From NCBI RefSeq assembly GCF_009914755.1, contig NC_060935.1: a stretch of 64,000 nt of DNA; one strand, given 5' to 3'. Of the stretch, positions 1 through 13,796 are shown piece after piece (positions within the stretch are counted from its first letter, which is position 1; each line of letters begins with the position of its first letter). This DNA is from the human T2T-CHM13v2.0 reference genome, Homo sapiens. The position numbers and the translations under genes were made by a program. The notes under the pieces were generated by a model. That model saw only the letters and a list, made by a program, of their open reading frames with translations. It had not been told where the DNA came from and searched no databases.

Positions 1-844
1 GCTCTCTAAAGCATTCACACTTGCTAGTGTGTTAACAGCAAAGTCCATCACAAATGACTATTTCCACTTTCAAATCATCTCTTATTATCTCTGCTCAGTG
101 ACTGTGAGCAGGTTTAATCTATTCCTCTCCATTCAAACCATTTTATTCTAACTACCAAATAACATTTCCCATTTTCCATATTCAGGGAAAGGCTGACTCA
201 TTTAAATAGAGTTTTGCATGACTTACTTAAAGCTGACAGTTTGCATGTGTGGAATTTAAACTCTCTAGAAATCTGGCGAATTCCCTTAGATTTTATTAGT
301 TTGTAATTTTTTGAAAAATGCAGTAACATCCTAGCTTGAAAAGATATTGGTGATACAAAAGAGCTCTCTTAATATCAAAACAAATCTCCTGAGTCGGGGT
401 CAGTACTGTATCTAAATGGTAATTCTCCTGAATCCAGGTGTAGAATTGTGGATTCTATACTCCTTTCTTGTTCCAAATCACTTTTACATAACTTTGAACT
501 AATTTTCCCTCAGGACTTTAGGAATCTTCTATAACATAGGGGCCATATTTATATGAAAGCTAACAGATGTGATTGGGAAGAGTTTACATATGTGGGTATA
601 CATATGTGAGTATTGTCACAGAAAATAGTTTAATGTGCTACTAAAATTGTAAACTAAACTATATTTTTACGAAGAAGTTTCTTGACAACACTTTACTCTG
701 CCCTATTTGGGTAGATAAAACACAAACGTTTTACACAGTCACTAAGAGAAAACAAATAGAAAGTTAATCAGAAATAGTTGCCCATGTAGAATGGCCACAC
801 TATCTTACACATGAAAGGCATACACTGGTTATCAAATGTAAATG

Positions 845-1030
845 GGGATCCAAGTCATAAAATCAGAGAAATTCTAAGTTTTACTTTTTCTATTTGGTGA
901 CTATTGGAAAGGTTACCTAACGAAGATAATGCTTTAAGTTTACTTACCTGTAATGTGGAGATAATGACAATATTTCACAGACTTATAAAGATTAAATAAG
1001 ATAGAAACGTAGCCTCTCAAAATATAACTG
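845..1030 (+). mobile_element. MIR SINE relic
   Basis: Degenerate MIR core (tttacttacctgtaatgtggagataatgac...aagattaaataagatag). Confidence 0.5.
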
Positions 1031-1330
1031 TACTATGTTCTTCCGTTTCCTTCCTAAGTATGCTCCAATTTCATTAACAACTTGCTTACAACCAAATCTC
1101 GAATCTAAAACTGGAATAAGCCCTTGAATGTACTTAGCTGTTTCAAAATATTAACTATGAATTGAACCATGAGCAAAATCAATTTAAATTGTAACTTCTT
1201 TTTGTGTTCATAATTAATTGAACTAGGTCAGAACCAAAGCATCAAAATACTATCCTAATAGAACCTTAATCAAATTATATTTGATCAGTTTAGTTTCATT
1301 ACCAGCTCACTGTTCCATCTTGTAGATGGA

Positions 1331-1414
1331 ACACTCTTTAATATCTAAGATATCTCTTATTTCACTTCTTGTACACTCTTTAATATCTTAAATATATCTT
1401 ATTTCACTCCTTGT
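1331..1414. repeat. 42-bp tandem duplication
   Basis: acactctttaatatct...cttatttcact(t/c)cttgt occurs at 1331-1372 and 1373-1414. Confidence 0.85.
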
Positions 1415-1450
1415 CACCCAGCCTGAATAAATAGCTCATACGATTAATTT

Positions 1451-1573
1451 TTTTTTTTTTTTTTTTGAGGCAGTCTCGCTCTGTCGCCCAGGCTGGAGTG
1501 CAGTGGCGCGATCTCGGCTCACTGCAAGCTCCGCCTCCCCTGTTCACGCCATTCTCCTGCCTCAGCCTCCTGA
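1451..1573 (-). mobile_element. 5'-truncated AluY-like SINE (3' end of right arm)
   Basis: Poly-T followed by Alu right arm with Y diagnostics gcaagctccgcc and ttcacgccattctcc; flanking gattaattt at 1442-1450 and 1574-1582. Confidence 0.9.
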
Positions 1574-2224
1574 GATTAATTTGCTTTAAAAATAAATAAG
1601 GCCATTTAACCCCTGCCACAGTTTTTTTCATCTCTATATGGTAGTAACAAAGAATATTCTACCTTTCTAACCAGATATTTGAAATACTAAGTCAGATAAT
1701 CGACATACAATTGCACTGATAAAATACTATAAGTTCAAAAATTATTGTTTAACATAGAGATATCCAATATATTATGCTAAATTTTTAATGTTAGTAAAAT
1801 TTAAACACTGCTGCCATTGAAATCCACCAATTTATGATTATTACCCCAAATATAATCATGCCTTTCCTAATTATGTTCTAAAAGAATGGTTGTAAAACAT
1901 CGATAGGGATCGTGTGTACTCTGGATATAAAACAAAGTCACATAATCAAGACCTCAAAGTGTCTCTCACCAGTCTTCACAATGCAAATTATGAAGTAGAA
2001 TAAAGCAAAAAAGTAGCTTAGATTGACAAAATGTCTTCAACTTTCTTCACTCTCAAAGTACCCTCCTATTCTGGGTTTTACTAAACTTAAGTCTGTCTAC
2101 ATACTTGAGACCAGATCATCATTTTGTTTTACAGTGAGACTGTCCTTGTACCAGCCTAAGAGATATTGCTGATTTGATAACCCTACCAAATGCGTGCTGT
2201 AGTAATATGTGAATATTTTAAGAA

Positions 2225-2420
2225 GGTAGTATACTGAGGTAGTGAAGAATTTGGTCTCAAGAGATAAACTGCCTGGATTCCCCAAAGCCCTGGCTTTGAA
2301 TCTCTGAACAGATCATTTGACCTCTCCTTAACTGCTTTTCCTGATTTAAAAAATAGAAATAATTATAACAATCTAATTTGTAGGATTTTAGGAGGGCTAA
2401 ATCGGATAATAAAGTATACT
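2225..2420 (+). mobile_element. MIR SINE relic
   Basis: cctggattc...cagatcatttgacctctcc...tttgtaggattttaggagggctaaat pattern. Confidence 0.55.
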
Positions 2421-2689
2421 TAAAACTACTTCTTAAGTAACTATCCAAATTTACTGAAGCTGAGAATTAGCATTGTTTGTTAGATTATCTCATAGAAAGA
2501 TAAATGTAAGAGTGATTTTTCACAATGCGTGCAGCTCATTCACCTGAGAAACAACCAGGTGATTATTCTAGCTGAAGTGAAGGTGTTTTTGGTCATATTT
2601 ATAGACTTTCTCATATAGACATTGGGAAGCAATAGTGACCAAAACATGACTTTCATTTAATGAGATACAAAGGTAATTGTTTTAAATTT

Positions 2690-3063
2690 TTACAGAAAAT
2701 TAACAAGTACTATCTTCCTTCTACATATGAGATGACACTTCTCATTCCCCTTGTGATTTGGTGGGGTCATGTGACTATAGCTAGTCAATGGAGTCTGAGA
2801 GTTACTGTCACGTGTCACTTTCATGTTGAGGCAGTGAAAAAGTTTGTGCAACATTCCAACAGTCTCTTCCTCTTCTGAAGTTGAGTGTGAAGGCAAAAAT
2901 GGAGAGCCATGATCTAGCAGCCTGGATGTATTGCATCTGTGCATCTGTGCTAGCAAGTTGTCAGCAGAATTTGTGTGAGTGAGAAACAAGCTTTGTGTTA
3001 TGTCCCAAGAATTTTAGGATTATTTGTTGCCTCAGCATAAACTTAGTCCATCTTACAAATACA
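2690..3063 (+). mobile_element. MLT1 (J/I-like) MaLR LTR
   Basis: ggggtcatgtgact...gtgtcacttt...gtgagaaacaagctttg...tttgttgcctcagcata...aataca end. Confidence 0.65.
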
Positions 3064-3389
3064 TGTTTTGTTAAAAAAGTCATTTTTGTATTTACAGATA
3101 TTCTGTTTTCTTATAAATCTGCTCCTAGTAAGTGACCCATACTCTTGACCTATTTGTTTTAAGACTAGTAGAAAATAGTCACAATTGATAAACACAACCA
3201 TTTTCCCATTGAGAATGAAAAAACTAAACATGATGATCTCATGAAGAGTCAGCTTCCACATTTGACATTGAATATTATAAGTGTAATTTTTCATGCTCAC
3301 TACAAATACAGTCACTATCACAAAAAAGTACAAGGTATAAATATAGTAGAAAAATAAAAATATTTACTACTATGATTATGCCCAACCTC

Positions 3390-3900
3390 TGTCAAAAACT
3401 CTGAAGGGTCTGAGATTTTATCTTATTTGCAAACTAAAAACTTAATAGACACAGTTTTATGGCAGATGGCAGAATACATAAGACTCCTGGGTCAGAGAGA
3501 AACAGCTTTGTTACTTATTGCAATAGTAGTATGTAGAGTATCAGCATTTGTGTTGGTTCTCAGAGCCTCAAATTCCATGGAATGTTACAAACAAAAAGAC
3601 TACCTGCTATGTAGAAATGTGATATGTGTTTATAGGAAAAGGACCCAAGCTTAGAGAACTCAAATCCTTGATGATAGACAGTGAAACTGCCTGGTCATTG
3701 CCTAGCATGGAATGTCATCTTTACTATGCTGTACATTAAACAAACCTACACTTTTCTCTGGAGGGAGATATTATTGCTATCTTCCAAAGCTATTTGCTGT
3801 ACAAACATCCTTGAAAAGATAAGACAGAACAAAATGAGGCAGTGTCTTTGCTTGTAAGACATACAGAAATGTGAGGAACTTGGGAAAAATTGTCAAAACA
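3390..3900 (-). mobile_element. ERV1 3' LTR (MER89-like)
   Basis: On the minus strand it starts TG at 3900 right after a polypurine tract (ggaatgaggag) and ends CA at 3390; resembles the MER89 consensus as recalled. Confidence 0.7.
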
Positions 3901-5120
3901 TATACTCCTCATTCCTACATTGTCTTTGCTTCTAACAAATTTTTCTATGAGTATGATACTTCCTTGACCACTCTAATGAATCTGAGCAATATAGGGTGAA
4001 AATAAATCATTTTGTTTTGTCTCCTGTAGTGTTGAAAGGCTTATATTGACAGTGATTCACATAGCAGAATGAAGTCAACCTACAGTGCTGACCTCAACAG
4101 TGCTTCCTATGGTCCTGAAATCAACAAGTTGAATGAGTTGAAATTATTAGGGTATAACTTAGAAATCCATGTAGATTTCTGCTAAAGCGTCTACATCGAC
4201 ATTTTCATTTGGCCTATGGCATTAATCCAGGTACAGAAGGACATCTTAGTTATTGCACAAAGCTGGTTTGCAGGAAGAAAGTCTAGGGTAATTTAATCAT
4301 CCATAACAACCCTGGACAGTGAACCTGACCTGCATGTATTTCAGGGCCAAGGTGTTGTCATTGGTTGCTTCATCAAGAGTCAGAAACAAATTTTGATCAG
4401 TTTTTCTAATTGAATGACCTCTATTAGGACACTAAATGATATCCATTGGAATAACTATTTGAAAAGCACACAAAAATAATACATTAGTTTTCCCTCCAAG
4501 AAGTAATCTGAGTAACCAATGGTAACCTTACTTTAGAGCAATCTCTGTAGTCACCTGAGGGCTACATGGCCTATTGGTACTATTTTCTTAAATACTGGAA
4601 GGTCTCTATAGCTACTTCTAAAGTGAAGTCACCATGTTCTTAGGAGGAATGCATGCTCTTATCCAAATTCCACTCACAAATTGCAGTCTCAAGGGTACAC
4701 ATGGTACCTCTGGAAAAAAAGTGATTTATTTTTTACCCTACATGTGGAATCTGCACGAATCGGAGGATACAGATTGATGGTACCTTCATCATAGACTCAG
4801 ATGACTGGTGGCCATCGGGTACCTAGTTCAGTTTGAATAATTGAATCTAATCTTTCTTTCTGAAGAGATTGCTTGAGGAAAATCAGTTTAACTGGTTCTG
4901 TTTGTTTATACCAACAGAACAAACAGTTTGAGTGACATGCACCTGCCCCACAGAAAGACGGAGTGTCAAGTACGTGAATGAGGATGCGGAAGACATCTGG
5001 ATCTTTTGATAGATATTTTGCATTAGGGAGATCAAGAGTTGGGACTATCTCTTATTTTCAATGGACTTTTCCTAAGGTTAAAGGAAACATGTTCAAATCA
5101 TGATCAGCCTAAATAATTCT
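3901..5120 (-). pseudogene. env: Degenerate ERV1 internal region with env TM remnant
   Basis: Minus-strand translation of ~4420-4200 with frameshifts: VIQLEKLIK/NLFLTLDEATNDNTLAL/SLSRVVMDD*ITLDFLPANQLCAITKMSFCTWINAIGQ, an ISD plus decayed CX6CC. The distal boundary is a guess. Confidence 0.75.
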
Positions 5121-5524
5121 ATGCATTATTCTTCTAAGTCTTATAATTTTTTTATAAATAGTGTCCATTTCTGTCTTGTTTTATGTGATTATTAAAGACA
5201 TTCTTCCCTTAATTTGTAGCCTTATAAGTTAAAAGTTCATATTGAATCATTTGAGAATAGATAACTATACTCAAAGTTGCTAAATCATAGACTATTTGAT
5301 AAGACTACCTAACAGCCTTTAGGGTATTTTGCTGCTGTTAATACTGCTGATAATGATGAAAAATAATGATTAAAATTTATTGAACATTTTTCTATGCTGA
5401 AATTTTGTGAGATATTTTTGTAGTTTCAACAACTCTTATTGTATGCACTTTGCCCCATTCCATATTTACTTCCAGAGGATAGGCTAAAATTGAAAACAAA
5501 GGGATGTATTGAGACTAGTTTTGA

Positions 5525-5828
<304 letters not shown>

Positions 5829-6113
5829 TACATGATGAGAGATTTTATCTCTTAGAATTTGTATTTTTCCTGGCCACCCTGGGAGCTCAGGCCTTACATG
5901 TTGCCAGAATCTCTATGTTAAATGAGATTTAAGCCTATCTCTCAATTAAAAGTTGGCTTTGTCTGGAAGGTCCAAGGAGAAAGGGCTAATCATAAATTTT
6001 TTAATTTAAGCCTTAGGTCAGATGCATTGTATTAATGTTTTGGGCTGCACATGATTTAGCTACATTTAGAAAATGAAGAGTTCTTTATAGATTGTAGAAA
6101 CCATGCTAGGTTT

Positions 6114-6510
6114 TGTATTAGGCTGTTCTTGTATTGCTATAAAGAAATACCTGAGACTGGGTAATTTCAAAAGAGAAGACATTTAATTGACTTATGATTC
6201 TGTGGGCTTTACAGGAAGACTAGTGCCTGCATTTGCTCAGCTTCTGCAGAAGACTCAAGAAGCTTACAATTATGGCAGAAGGTGAAGGTCGAACAGCCAT
6301 ATCACATGGACAGAGAAGGAGTAACAGGAGACAGAGGTGTGCCACACACTTGTAAACAGCTAGATCTTGCAAGCACTATCACAAGGACAGCACCAAGCAC
6401 TCATGAGAAATCCACCCCCACATGATCCAATCACCTCCCAGCAGTTTCCACCTCCAATACTGGGAATGACCACTCAACATAGGATTTGGGCAAATATACA
6501 AATTGCATCA
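6114..6510 (-). mobile_element. MST (MSTA/MSTB) MaLR solo LTR
   Basis: tgtattaggctgttcttgtattgctataaagaaatacctgagactgggtaat...caaattgcatca. Confidence 0.85.
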
Positions 6511-7459
6511 ATATTTCTCACTGTACAGCAATCCTTTTGCCTTGGTTTTCTATATCAAACCCATCAACATTTAATGATTTATGAATAAAGCACTGATAGC
6601 TACTGGGAACATCTAGAACTCATGTGCTCTATCTCTATTCCATGGAATATCACCCTCTGCTATACTGGCTTAAATAAATATTTCACATTAGCAGACATAA
6701 ATTCAGTTTGTCAGATCATGTTCAGCCCAGACATCATTTCCCTTTCTTTTATTTCCTAAATCGTTAAGGTCTAAAGTCAAAGCTGTTATATGTTCCCAAA
6801 GTAGTATAAAATATGTATGAAGCATTTAAGACATTCCAAACGTTTCTCTTTATGGTTTGGGACCAATGTATCCATTAATTTGCTCTTTGGTCTGAGCTTT
6901 TGCCATAAAAGTCTTAGGCCAGGTAAACATCAATGTTTTCCATTTTTCTTCAATTTATTTATTTTTATTATTTTTTTTTTTTAGCAAACAGTGACTGCTG
7001 GAAGCCCCTAGAAATGAATGCCAACCTAGTTTACAAAAGACAGTGATGATGTCAGTCAATATGCAGAATTGTTCAACTTCCTTTATCTTTGCAGAGCCAC
7101 CTAGTGTAACTGAAATGGTTAACCTGAATAGGCCTTTAATTGGATTGAGCTATTGTGGATCCTAGAGCTAGCAATGCAGACTGAAAATAGTGTGTTCTTT
7201 GTCTTCATCAAGATAAAGTGTGCTTCAAAGGCAAAAATGAAGTTGCTTGAAGTCAGTTATTAGCTCAGCCAGATTCATTTTCAATAGCATGTCTCAGTGT
7301 GTTGCTTGTCTTCTCAAAGGTGGTCCTTTCTGGCCATTAAGAAAAAGCAGTGAAGCAACCCTCCTGTCTTCCACACAGGTTAATTGTTAAATGTAACCAA
7401 GGAGACTGTAAAAGGCTTCTAAATGGGAGAAAAAAACTCAGCCTGAATGCCTCGGATTA

Positions 7460-7600
7460 ATCCTTGATGTCCCAGTTTTCTCACCTATAAATTGGAGAAC
7501 CTAATTTCTGTTGGAACCACTGCATTGTGGTTGCTGTGAGAATTAAATGGTATAATGTCTGTGAGAGTGCTTTGCAAAGTGGAACTCCCTCTATAAATGT
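7460..7600 (+). mobile_element. MIR SINE relic
   Basis: cagttttctcacctataaattgg...ggttgctgtgagaattaaatgg. Confidence 0.6.
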
Positions 7601-8933
7601 ATGGATTATTATACTGTTTACCCTCCATAAATGTATGGATTATTATACTGTTCACTGTCATTTTTTAAAACAAATCTTCCAAATATCTTCACACCTCGAA
7701 GAAAGATTTGAAAGAGTTCCCATTCTTTTAAAATCCTCTTAGATCATTTTCCCCTTTAATTTCACTTTTGATATGAACTTACTCAATTCCGGTCCTGATA
7801 GCCATTCAAGCAGTAATCTTAGCATAGCCATCAGCAAAACTTCATAGACAACCTTGTGTAAAATTCTGTAACCTTGAAATTTTATTCCCATCTTATCTTG
7901 ATAGAGACATGAATATATAAAAATTTTATCTGAAACTTAAAAATTAGTATGAAATTCCTCATTGTATCACTGTTACAGATTTTTTTGTCTGTGGAAAAAA
8001 TAGGTAATTACTCTGTCCAGTTAAAATACACTTTGGCAGGTGATGAATGTTGACAGTATGCTGACTGGAGCTGAACCATAGATTATTACTGATATGTGTA
8101 TGTATATTCATATCTGTGCATATGTGCATGCTCACACATGTGTATGTATGTGTGTGTGAGAGAGAAAAAAGGAAGTAAGAAATAAACATCTTGGATAAGT
8201 TAATATAGCGCATAAATTGATTTTTCAGGTACTGAGTACCTGAAATGCACTAGGCATAGAAAATATAAGAGTAAGAAATTTTCCTGGCTCTTAAGCAGCT
8301 TTTAACCTAGGGGTCAAATCAGAGAATTCCTTTGACATTTCCAGTTTCATTAAATGAGATGTTTAGATCATGTGATAAAGTTACTCAAAAAGCTAAAATG
8401 GTGAGATTCTACTTAATTTTTACATTTAAATCTTATTTAAGAGAAGAAATCTGTTATCTTAAAGACTGGATTCAGCAGACTTGACCCTCAAAGAGGGGAT
8501 ATTTTCATGAAGAAAAAGGGGCACTGCCCTTTTTCTTGAAAGGATCAGATTAACCAAAGGAAAATTTCAGTTCTTTGGGGCTAGAATGTGTCTTTTCCAT
8601 CATTAGAAATCAGTGAGTAAATACTTTAGTGGGAAAAGAATAATAGATATAATTTTCATCCGTTTTTCCTTTAGTTATTTGTCCACCATTTATTCACAGT
8701 CCTAAATCATAGCTAGATCCAGGTGGACAACCCAGGACCCTGCCCCAGTGTGGGCCAGCCATTTGGCAGAAGTCGGTGGACAAGTTTTGGAGAGTTAATC
8801 CTTGATATATACTTAATCTTAGTTAATCTAAGACGCTTGAAGAGTATCTTGCTGATGAGGTCACTTGTTCTTTTTCTTTGCAGAATAATTAGTGTCACTT
8901 TATTCCACACCTAGGATAGTTCATCCTTTCACC

Positions 8934-9442
8934 TCTTAAATAAAATGTATGAGAGGCCTTCATTTTGGACTGAGGTCCTGCACTAGGCTATAAAAGACCA
9001 GATCAAAAAAGAATAGAGTAACTCCAGAATGGAGTCACTGATGCCATGTGCCAGATAATCAAAGGGAACTTAGAAAGGGGCCAGTTTAAAAACAAAAAAC
9101 AGAAAACAAAAAACAAAAACAAAATAAAACAAAACAAAAAAAAACAAACAGAAGATTCACTGCAATCAATTTAAAGGGGCACAGTTAACCTGAGCCAGCA
9201 TGATAAAGAAGTCGTCGCTTTCACCCTATAAGAAAAGTGACTTTCAACAATCAATCTGTTTTCTTTTCTTTATTTCTGCTTTCTTCAGCCTTTTCTGCCT
9301 GTAAAGCTCACTTCTTCTGCTCAGTTTAGTTGAGTGCCTTTCTGTAATATTTTGTAGAATGAATGCTACTGGACTTACGAATTGCTAATAAAAGCCATTT
9401 AGATCTTTAAAATTCAACTCGTTAAAATTTTGTTCCTTGACA
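8934..9442 (+). mobile_element. ERV1 (MER4-group) solo LTR with internal (CAAAA)n tract
   Basis: gaggccttcattttggactgaggtcctgcactagg...aatggagtcact; AATAAA near 9388; ends tgaca; 4-bp flanks cacc/cact. Confidence 0.7.
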
Positions 9443-11863
9443 CACTCAAGGAACACACACTGCCCTTCTTCTTATGTTTTTTATCTTGGATAACTTAATC
9501 TTTATTCCAGCACTATCATTTCATGAGCAACTTTTGATTTTCCTTCTTTTCACCCTGAAATGTTTACCAAACTCTGAAATGTAATTGTTTAATTATTGCC
9601 AAATTTGACTTAATTTTCACAACATATTACATCCGAGGTTTGTCGTCTTCTACCCTCCTCACCAAGACTACTTATTTTTAAAATATATAACCCATGTATA
9701 ATGAGACTGACTGGTGAAAGTGAAGATATTGATCTCAAAGCCCTGCCACTCATTCCTTTGTATCCTGTAGGTTATAGTTGGAAAACTAGCAAACCAGACG
9801 TTTTAATATCCTCCTGCTTCCATCTGATTGGCCTTTCCTCTGGATCAAGCATTCTGGATGGTTTATCAGAATTCAGAGTAAAGTATTTTATCATATCATT
9901 CTACACTTTTAAATACATTTAACATTAAACCTCAAATCTCCCCAAATCTGATGCTTCAGTCACAAGATGACTCACTCTTCTTAAAACATGTCCTATATGC
10001 TCTAACTACCAAATCATGCTGGAGGGCAAAGGCAGTGTCGCCTTCAGAATTTTTATCCTTCATAGCACCTAAAGTTCTGCATCTACTCACTTCTTACTAA
10101 ATAAATGTTGCACTATCGTTTGTCATCATAATGGTCTGTATCACTAATCTATGCATTTTATTATTAAATGCATACTTACTGAATGGTCACTGTATGACAG
10201 GATTATTTCTATGTACCATAAAGAGCTTGTTCTCTAGAAATGTAAATTATCTGTTACAAGTTAGATTTTGTAAGAGAATGTGGTATGTGAAATAATGCTG
10301 TCTTTATTGGTGCAATTCTATAACCTCCATGGAAACAATATCCCATATTGTCCTAATGATATCTCTGGTGATGTGTTAAGTTTTACTTTTGCCTTCTTAA
10401 AAAGGGCAGAACTTTTTTTCAAAAAATAGTTAAATTAGTAGCTACAATTTTGGAGCACCTCTTGTGTATTAGAAACAATATACTACATACCTTATAGAGT
10501 CGTATCTTTATTCTCATTTTATGAAGGTGCAATGTAAAGGTTCAATAACTCAACATTTTGAATCCAAGGTTTGAACCTTATTCTTATTGCTCCATTCTTC
10601 TGGTGTTTCCCCACTCTACAAGCTTCCTTTTAATAGTTGTACTCTGAAGCAGCCCCTGGCGAGTACTAATTCCAGGAGAACACTTTGTTCCCCTTCCACC
10701 TCCCTTCATGTTCCCCTTCGCGGGACACCACAAGAGACCTTGAAGGTTGGGACATTGTGGGGGTTCCTCTTTTAAAATGAGAAGCTTGCTGCGAAATCTA
10801 GCATAGCAGCTGAAAGATACTAGTAAATGTTTTCCAAACAAAAATCCCTCAGTGAATCAAAGAAAAAAAGGTATAATTTTCTGTTGGTAAATGCAACATG
10901 CACAAGTTATTTGAAACAGCTGGTTCGAGTGGAAATGAATGACTTCCCCAGGGTCAAAATCTGACAGTAAGTGCTTGCTGCTTACATGTGTGGAAGAGGG
11001 AACGGGGACAGATTTTGTAACAGAGCAGAACAATTTCTCCGCCTCATCAGTTCATGAATATTTGAATGGAGAGGGTATGATTGGCAGAGCTTCTCATGGC
11101 TTTGCTTTTTATTTTTCCTCCAGCATTCTTCTTATCTAGTGAGTATCCATCATATACCTACTACAACGTAGGGATGATGCTAGGCACTGTGGCCACGGAG
11201 CTCAATGTGACACATTTCCTTGCTTCTTTGTATTATTCTTAAAATTATGGTACAACTGTATTAGGCAAAGGAGGGCAGGTGTCATTGTTTATACAGTGAG
11301 AGAGTGAAGAAATAAGGACATCTCAGCTTTCCCACTCTCTATGACTGTACTCTGTGCTACTTGAATAGAGGGATGACAGCTTTTGGAAAGAGCCCCTGAG
11401 CTGGATCTCCATATAGTTTTCCAAGGGCTTTAACTCATTTGCTGTCTTATGCAATCCAATAAATAGTTTTAAGCACCTATATGAGATGTAACCCTCTCTA
11501 TTCGTGTGCATTTTCAGGTAAGGCATTTTATTCTTCTGCATCTCAGGCTATCTTTTGCTAAATGAGAACACTTAAGTACCGCAGCTAAGAAATATTTACC
11601 ACAAATATTCAAAAGCTCTACATTGGTCATGATTCTGGTGAACGAGAACTCTACAGATATCAAGTATGGTAGTTGTAGCTGTTCTTATGCCTACTTTCTA
11701 CAACCTTTCTCAGAGACAGTCAATTGCATGGGCCAGCAGAAATCTGATCTGTTTATGCTTACATACAAAGCTGCCAGAAAGTCAGGGTCACCGATTTCAG
11801 TTTCTGTGAATGGGACACAGTGATAACTTGGCTCTATCTAGCTGAAGAATACAAAGGTGTATA

Positions 11864-12188
11864 CAGTCAGGCTTCATGTAATTACGGGAATGCATTCTGA
11901 GAAATGTGTCATTAGGCAATTTCAATTTTGTGTAAACATCGCAGAATGTGCTTATTCACACCTAGATGGTATAGCCTACAATATACCTAAGTTATATGGT
12001 ATAGCCTATTGCTACTAGGCTACAAAACTGTGAGGCATGGTCCTGTACTAAATATTGTAGAAAATTATCTAAATATATCTAAATATAGAAAGGGTACAGT
12101 AAAATATGATATTGTAATTTTATAGGACTCCCATCATTTATGTGGTCTGTTGTTGATAGAAACAACACCATTATGCAACATATGACTG
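11864..12188 (-). mobile_element. Tigger3a-like TcMar MITE
   Basis: TA|cagtca...tgactg|TA termini; internal cctagatggtatagcctac. Confidence 0.85.
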
Positions 12189-13796
12189 TATAAAAAGAAA
12201 CCAAAAAGGAGGAAAAGAAATCATCGATTTTGAAATCACCAAAAAGAAAGGGGGCTGAAGACTAATGTAGGAGGTAAAGAGAAAATTGAAGTAGGAGAAT
12301 CCCACCTGCTAAGGACTTTATAATGCCAACATGATTCGTTCACAGATGGGAATCCAGAAAATAACACAAAATAAGCTAGAGGAGATTATAAGAAGAGACA
12401 ATCACTTCTAGCACGGTGTGTAAATGAGAGGGAGGGAAGACATTCTTAGTTCAGAGCTTAGGGTGATAGTAAAGTCTCAATGAGATGGATTTGTTATTGA
12501 TGATAGCCTCTAATATGTAGCAGCAGCTCCTTCAGTTTCATTAGAGTGCTGAGAAATACGTGATTTCTGAGAATGCATTGTGACACCAAGAAGCAAACTA
12601 GAATCTTGGAGGAAAATATCCAAATGCACTTTTCCTTGATCCTCTATATGCCATATATAATGCTGTCTAAAGAGTGTGTTGTTTGTTTGTTTTTTGTTTT
12701 TAAAGGAAGTTGGAAACCTGCAGTTGTTTGGAAGAAATAAGCCATGTATAGACCAGGAAATCAACTGATGACTAGGAAAGGATGGGAAAGATGATAAGGT
12801 CTCAGTTCTCATGTGGAGGAGTGGGAGATTGGAGAACTCCACATCCATTTGAAGTAAAAGAGCTGCAGATTACCTTGAGAACTGGTGGTTATTCCATTGT
12901 CTTGCCTAATTTCTGGAAAAGGGACTTATTTACAGCCAAGCATCAGTAAAGGGAAATTTATGGTAAAGACAAGCAGAGTGTATAAGATTCAAATGGTTAG
13001 AATTGCAGCCCACATTTGGCCCCCTGAAAATGGGAACAGGAAGCACAGCAATTGTAATGATGCTCCGTACATGTACTATTGTTTTCTATTTTCCAACTTC
13101 CTTAACTAACTCACTGTTTATCTTCCTCAAAACATAAGACAGCCACCCCTCCTAAACCAGCAGTGAGTAGAGATAACTTGTGATTAATTAATTTCCAAGA
13201 AACTACTAGAATGTCAATTAACCCAGAAGTATTGCAATAAATAGTAGAGTTTAATAAACAGTAGAGTTGAATTCAAATATCTCTGAAGCTGGACAATGTG
13301 AGTAGCAAATTATGATAAAAGAGGGATCAGTAGGCTGATGAACCAGTTGTGGTGTCAGTAAGAGACATAGCACTATATGTGCTCTTAGATTTCCATTGAC
13401 ATGTGGTGTTTGGCAATGAGTTTGTGGTTGGTGGGCAACAGGAATATGAATATAAACTTCAAGTCCCTTGAAAACTGTCCTCTAAATCTCAGAAACAAAT
13501 CAGATTTTAGGAAATCCTAGGAGATTGACAATATGGGTCAACAGTTTATGACCTACTCATATATACACAGAAACTGGTACAAAGGAAGAAAGGCAAAATT
13601 ATGACGAAGGTAACCCCACCGGGTTAGACATTTTAAATGATATTTGTTATAGATACATGAGGGGCTGAGCCACAACAGTCAGGGAATGTCATAATCCCTT
13701 GGGCTACCTGAGTCTATTTCTGGCCCAAATAAACCATAACAGATTGTGACTTTATACAGACTTATTCTTTACACGGGGACACAAGACATTACAAAC

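Noticed and set aside
7593-7652. 26-bp near-tandem duplicate ataaatgtatggattattatactgtt
   Set aside because: Simple local slippage duplication at a MIR end with no further structure.
10648-10662. CTCF-like gcagcccctggcgag
   Set aside because: One G short of the core spacing; weak match.
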